A stretch of DNA of 64,000 nucleotides from Macrostomum lignano (taxonomy: Eukaryota): contig NIVC01000362.1 of assembly GCA_002269645.1 (NCBI GenBank), positions 1 through 64,000 of the forward strand, read 5' to 3'. Made by a program: the position numbers and the translations under genes. Below the pieces are notes generated by a model. The model was given only the letters and a program-made list of their open reading frames with translations, was not told the origin of the DNA and did not search any database. Shown one piece after another: positions 58,413 to 64,000 of this stretch. Positions within the stretch are counted from its first letter, which is position 1. Every line of letters begins with the position of its first letter.

Positions 58413-61400
58413 CAGTGTTTGAACGGCTTATAACTAAGCTTAGGTTGCATGAAATCAGTAAAAAGTATAGCTAACGCACAGATTTTCTTGCAGGAAGTTT
58501 AATTCCGTATCTACATCACGTATTTACTGTAGTACTTTTTTGGATTTTAAACACTTTTATTTGCTGTTTTTTGCATGACTAACTGCATGTTCATAACTCA
58601 TTCTTTTATACAATTCGTATTGTAGAATTTATATCGTAGGAAAGTATAAAAAAGCGCTTTAGCAGTGCACGAATCAGCAAATTTTTCGGTGCAATTAGGT
58701 GCACTGAAACTTTTTAATAATATTTCTGCTTTGATAAAATGATCAATTAATTATGAATTATCTTGTTCTAAGTATGATTGGATTGCATTCTTAATTTAAA
58801 ACAGACTTGACTATACAGTATTTAAAAAGTGCATAGTTTAGCTATCAGAAGTACATGTACACAGCGTACTCTAGATCATGTTGCTCTCTTGTTGTCAAAC
58901 TTTAATAATTGCTGCTAATTGGCTTTGCTCGCGCTCGCTAGCTTGCACGCCTAATAGCAACTGCTTATTTGCCACCTGCGTCCAACCCTTGTTTTCCCAT
59001 TTTATCGCGAACGCAGACGCACCGCATGACGGAGGCAGAGCAGGAGTCGAGCACGAGGCGTCGCTTACCTAAGAGTTTGAAGGAGGCGATTAAGTGGCAG
59101 TGAGTTGCTATTACATGTGTATATAGACTTAGACAATAGTAAATATCAGTTGAGACCGAGCCAGTCTGAGGGAGAGAAAAGATTTTGTGTTTCTTGCAAC
59201 AAACCCTATATAGCTTATGGTCCTCGTTTCACTCATTTTCATTTGAGTTTGTCCTTTTTTACAATTTTATAATCGGCTTTGTGAATAGCATGCAACTGTT
59301 CCATTCATTCCGCAGTCACAAAGACGAAACACAGGACATTAATTTTTAGCATAACCTTTCCAGTCACAGATATCAGTTCCTAACCTATACTCTGAAGTAT
59401 AAGTTAGGAATATCAGTTGTAATAATCGAATATCGGAGTTTTTTAAGAAAAAACTTCACAAAACCTTGTTGACAAAGCAAAACAATTCCAGCATAAATTT
59501 TTGTTGTTTCACTAAGATGACCTTTGAACTTTTTGTTCCTTTGTTAATCTAGCTTCTGCTATCCTTCACCAATAAATTTGCAAAAACTTTCTTTAACTTG
59601 TGAATAGCTAGGAGTTTGTGTGTAATCTATTGTTTTAATGTACAATATTGAAGGACTGCAACAACGTTCATTTAAGCACGATTGAATCATGCCTACATAT
59701 AATTATGATACTTTCTTCGTGATAAAAATTCATGAGTTTCTTAACGCCAGAAATTCATCCGGACTTGTTGTGACCTCGTTTTGTTACCTCTGTGTGCAGT
59801 TTAACCAACTTTCTTGTACAAGTTTTTTTACCAGAATTATCGTCTCATATATATTGCTTGCGCAATTCGCAAGATATTTTTATATCATCTTTGTTTGAAT
59901 TTTAACTGATTCGATGTTGGCAAACATTTTTTATCGTCTTTTATTTTGTCTGCATTATGTACAAACGCACTTGTGTACCTCGTCATATTTAAATTTTTAT
60001 ACTATTGTGCATAAGTCCGTTTTGCTACCACGCATCATCTGCAACCATGCGTGTAGCAAAAGAGCAAAAGTGATAAACCGCGTTCTCATTTGGTAATTGA
60101 AAAATGAAATTAGCATAGAATCAATCCCAGCAGGTTTAATTCTCGGTAAAATCCGCTCCCGAGGGAAAATCCTGCTTTTGTGACACCTGTAAAAATACAT
60201 TCGAACCGAGCTACAAACGATATTAAATTTACTGTCGGCAATCTAAATTTCTCAGTACGTGATGCCACTTCCCGAGTAAATTTGTCTTAAGTGTTAACAA
60301 AACACGTGTCAAAGCTCGTAATTGCAGGTATCCCGTACAGCGAAATATGTGCTTTTACAATATTACATCGGCTGATGAAAAAGTACATATATTTGTCGGA
60401 ACGTCGGATCGCTGTACGCGGCTATGAGTACTTGAGAGATTGAATGTCCCCCTTGCAGGGTTACGTGTATTTCTGTTGCTGTATAATATTTTCATGAATT
60501 AGTTTTTGATTTTTTACTGCCTATATTTGTACTCACCTCTCTTGAGTAAGTAACACAACAGGCTCATCAATTTTAGCTACGTAACGTGCAATGAGAAAAC
60601 AGCTTGCAATATGGTGTTACAAATCTACAAATTATTGCTACTATAAATGAAACGCCCAAATGCTGTGTTTCTGTTTGGTGCAGAATTATTTTGTTAGCTA
60701 ATGCATGTATCAAATGTCTCTAATCACAAAACTTTAAGCACATCTTTTTAGTCGAATCAAAAGTGAGTCAATTGTTCTCACCTTGCTATTGGAGCCGTAT
60801 TCTTGAAGCCTACAAAGAGTGTGAAAGCAAAATTCAGATTATTAAATTATTTTAAACTATACTCCCTTGATTGCTTAATACTTTCAATGGTTTAAAAGCG
60901 TTATCGAAGTAGGCATACGGCTCAAAAATTTTTTTAATCAAATCTTTCTGAAGAAACTTTTGAATCAAACTGATATCAACCTGATCATTAAAACCGAATA
61001 TATTAAATTGTGAAATTTAGGAAAAAAAACGAAAATTTTCTCACTCATGCACATTTAACGCATAATCTAAATCGAATACATCGAAAAACATCATCAATTT
61101 GTGTTAACCACTCTCAATACGCAGGTTCCTCATTTTTCAGTGGTCCTAATTTGTCAAATTTTGTTGCGTTCGATCTATTGCTGCACGGACAATTAAATTT
61201 GTTTTATTCTTTTAATTACGGCCAGTTAAACAAATGTTTTGTGCTTTTTACATTTTATACTTACTTGTAAGCCCCCCGTCCCGCATAATCATGTCTATTT
61301 ATTATCCTAGACTACGAAAATCTAGACCCTAGCTGACTATTCTTGTAGCTTTTGTTCGTAAATTTTGTTTACTCTTCGATTTGTTGTGACCTGCATCTTC

Positions 61401-62508
61401 TAGATAGCTCGTATTTAAAAAGTATTTATCAGCTTTTAAAAAATTTCAAGGTGAATACTTTTTAAATAATTTCTAAAATACATGCTGAGTGCAGATTTTG
61501 TAATTGTTATAATCTTCACACCACATCACCGTTCACAATGTGTTTACGTAATATTTTAGTTCATTGGTTATTGTTTTTATACGGAGAAAATTTTCGGCAA
61601 CCTCAATAGACTATTTTCTTCAAAGAAAACTTTTATGCCATTTGAAGCCCTCTCTGTGCATCATATGCTGTTATTTTTCACCTATCACTATATTTTATAT
61701 TGCCCAGAAATTTTTACGAAAAAAAACTTTTTTTACTCTGTTATACCTCTGGGTTCGTCATATTATTAATAATATATATTTACAAAAATCATAAGCAAAT
61801 ATAAATTTGTGGTTGTCCGAAAACAGTCAGCTAATTGCAGTTATTTATTGACTTCATTTTCTAACGTTTATACAGTAGACTACATGTGTAGTGAAACATC
61901 CATGAAGAAAATGAAGTTACTCGATTTTGCAAAGCAATGCCAGTTTCAATATGTACGTATGTGTTTTACGTATGTACAGCCTGTGTGTTCTAAAAGCAAT
62001 GCAAGTTATATATCACACACTATGGCTCACTAAGCCCAACATTCAATTAACTATAACACTTTACCTAAATGTGCTGGTTTGGAGTTCGTTCTACGCTCTT
62101 AATGTGCTGTGGGGACAACAGTTCTAATGTGTTTTAGGGAATCTATTCGCTCGATTAATTTTAAAGTTTAAAGTTGATTCGTGCCTGCTTGAACTAATGA
62201 AATCTGTCATAACGATGATGATCTGTGCTGAGGGGATCTGGCCCGACGCAAAGAGGAACGCAAGTCATCTCATGGACATCAAATCATGTGACAAAAGAGC
62301 AATCTCAGTGAGTTCGTACCATAGACTCGTACCAAAGGCAGCAGTAAGTCGCATTAAACTTAAGCAATAGGTGAGACGTTTTAAATACACAAACACATCC
62401 AGTCTCAGTTCACAATACGTTTTACTTTTCGTGTATGATACTGTTTAACATTACACCAACTTGGATACTCGAGAAGAAATAAAAGCTGCCGAGCTAGAGG
62501 ACCGCGCA

Positions 62509-63592
62509 ATGGTGGAACCGGATAAAAGTCCAAGCATTCAGTCGGGCGAATCGAAGCAATTGCAGAGACAGGACTTCGTCATCGATAGCGAACCTGAACG
62601 GGAAGTTGAGCAGCAGCCGGTAGAACAGCAGCAACATCGACAAACACCTCATCAGCAGCAACAGCAAGCAGCAGAATCTCAAGAAGCAATTGTTGTCAGC
62701 TGGTTTCGCAACACTGATAACATTTTAACCATGCTCACCGTACTAGCTGTAGTGCTTGGCTCAATGATCGGAGCACTGCTCCGTAATTCCAATCTAAGCG
62801 ATCGAACCATACTGATAATTGGTTTCCCGGGCGTTCTGATGATGAACATGTTTAAAATGATGACCATTCCGCTGGTGGTTTCGTCTCTGATTGTTGGTGA
62901 GATCGATTGAATCAAACTGATTTCATAATTTCATTTGCTCATCCTCGACCTCAATAAACATTCTTCTGTGATTTTTTCGGTGATGATTTTTAACTCAATA
63001 ACCAAGAGACCGGGGCGCCCATTAACAGACAGGGGCGCCCATTAACAGACAGGGGCGTCCATTAACAGACAGGGGCGTCCATCATGAGACAGGGGCGTCC
63101 ATCATGAGACAGGGGCGCCCATCATGAGACAGTGGCGCCCACAATGAGACAGGATCGCCCAACAAGAGACAGGGGCGCCAACTAAGAGACAGGGGCGCCA
63201 ACTAAGAGACAGGGGCGCCAACTAAGAGACAGGGGCGCCAACTAAGAGACAGGGGCGCCCACCAAGAGACCAAATATTGTCAACCCAAAAGTTTGCGGTT
63301 CCTTCAACTAAAATTGCTGTGTACCTGCCGACTTTAGAGCCAGGCTTGACGCGTCGCACTAGAAACAATATTCCATTTCAGGATTACCAAATCTTAATGC
63401 GGGACCATTCGGCAGAATCGGTCTGATCACGGTAGCCTATTACACAGTGACCACATTCTCTGCCACAGCTTTGGGCATCGTATTTGTCATGGTTATTCAA
63501 CCCGGAAGTCCGGTAGAAAAGCTTCAGAGCAACGCTGTCACTGAGATTGGCTCCTACACTGATACTCTGCATGCAATTCTTGACCTGTTGAG
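62509..63592 (+). CDS. Second SLC1A/EAAT-family transporter, 5' part only; exons 62509..62896 and 63382..63592, continuing beyond the window
   Basis: TM1-TM2 NILTMLTVLAVVLG...GFPGVLMMNMFKMMTIPLVVSSLIVG and TM3 AYYTVTT...IQPG...ILDLLR. Intron positions and phases (1, 2) are identical to those of the upstream EAAT. The ATG choice is inferred. Confidence 0.85.
63012..63268. repeat. 20-bp minisatellite (GGGGCGCCCATTAACAGACA and variants)
   Basis: Tandem copies in intron 1 of the second EAAT. Confidence 0.92.
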
Positions 63593-64000
63593 GTAATCGC
63601 AATTGTCTAGCTAGCGTATGTTGCTTTATAAATCGATTCAAAATAAATTAGATTGGTTAAAAGTTTAATGCATGGACTACTCAAGTAGGAGGACGGGAAA
63701 TGAGTGAGGATGCTGGTTTTCATCCTCACCTTTGTTATAGCCTTTGTTATAGCTCTATTGATATTCATAAATGCATTTATTAATACATTTATGAATACAC
63801 TTCTTGTGCCTAAAATCATTAAAATGCATGGCAAAGTTCGACTATGGTTTTATGAATCAATTTTATCATCTTTGTTACACATAGCTATTGTTACACAGTG
63901 AGCTAACAATGACAGAATAGATTCATAAAACCAATAAGCCAAGCCGTGCCATTTAATGGTTTTTAGGCACGGGACATGCGCAATTGTACGTAGAATAAAA

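Overview
Metazoan genomic DNA with spliced genes, GC-rich exons and introns full of minisatellites. The repeat landscape recalls the flatworm Macrostomum, but that is an unverified impression. Five genes were reconstructed by hand with phase-consistent splice sites: (1) the 3' end of a DEG/ENaC (ASIC-like) channel, + strand, <1-1179, with a 37-nt intron and one apparent frameshift; (2) a complete ubinuclein/yemanuclein (HIRA complex) gene, - strand, 3617-11675, 6 exons, about 1303 aa, with an 11-aa Q/P/S/T tandem repeat; (3) a complete FBXW10/CDRT1-like F-box/WD40 gene, + strand, 20755-41547, 8 exons, about 1390 aa, with a GC-AG intron and a 10.9-kb intron; (4) a complete EAAT/SLC1A glutamate transporter, + strand, 50756-56674, 7 exons; (5) the first two exons of a divergent tandem EAAT paralogue, 62509->63592. 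Mobile DNA not shown by the ORF track: a P-superfamily transposon (12222-14071) with 32-bp perfect TIRs, an 8-bp TSD and a decayed THAP-transposase; two clear copies and one probable copy of a non-autonomous Helitron family, the two clear ones carrying a tRNA-like module and an expandable 23-bp satellite; a 214-bp solo LTR inside a minisatellite; a tRNA/CORE-type SINE; and a MITE. There is no CRISPR array or prokaryotic system. Most long ORFs in the track are repeat artefacts. Homology calls rest on recalled family motifs, not on database searches.
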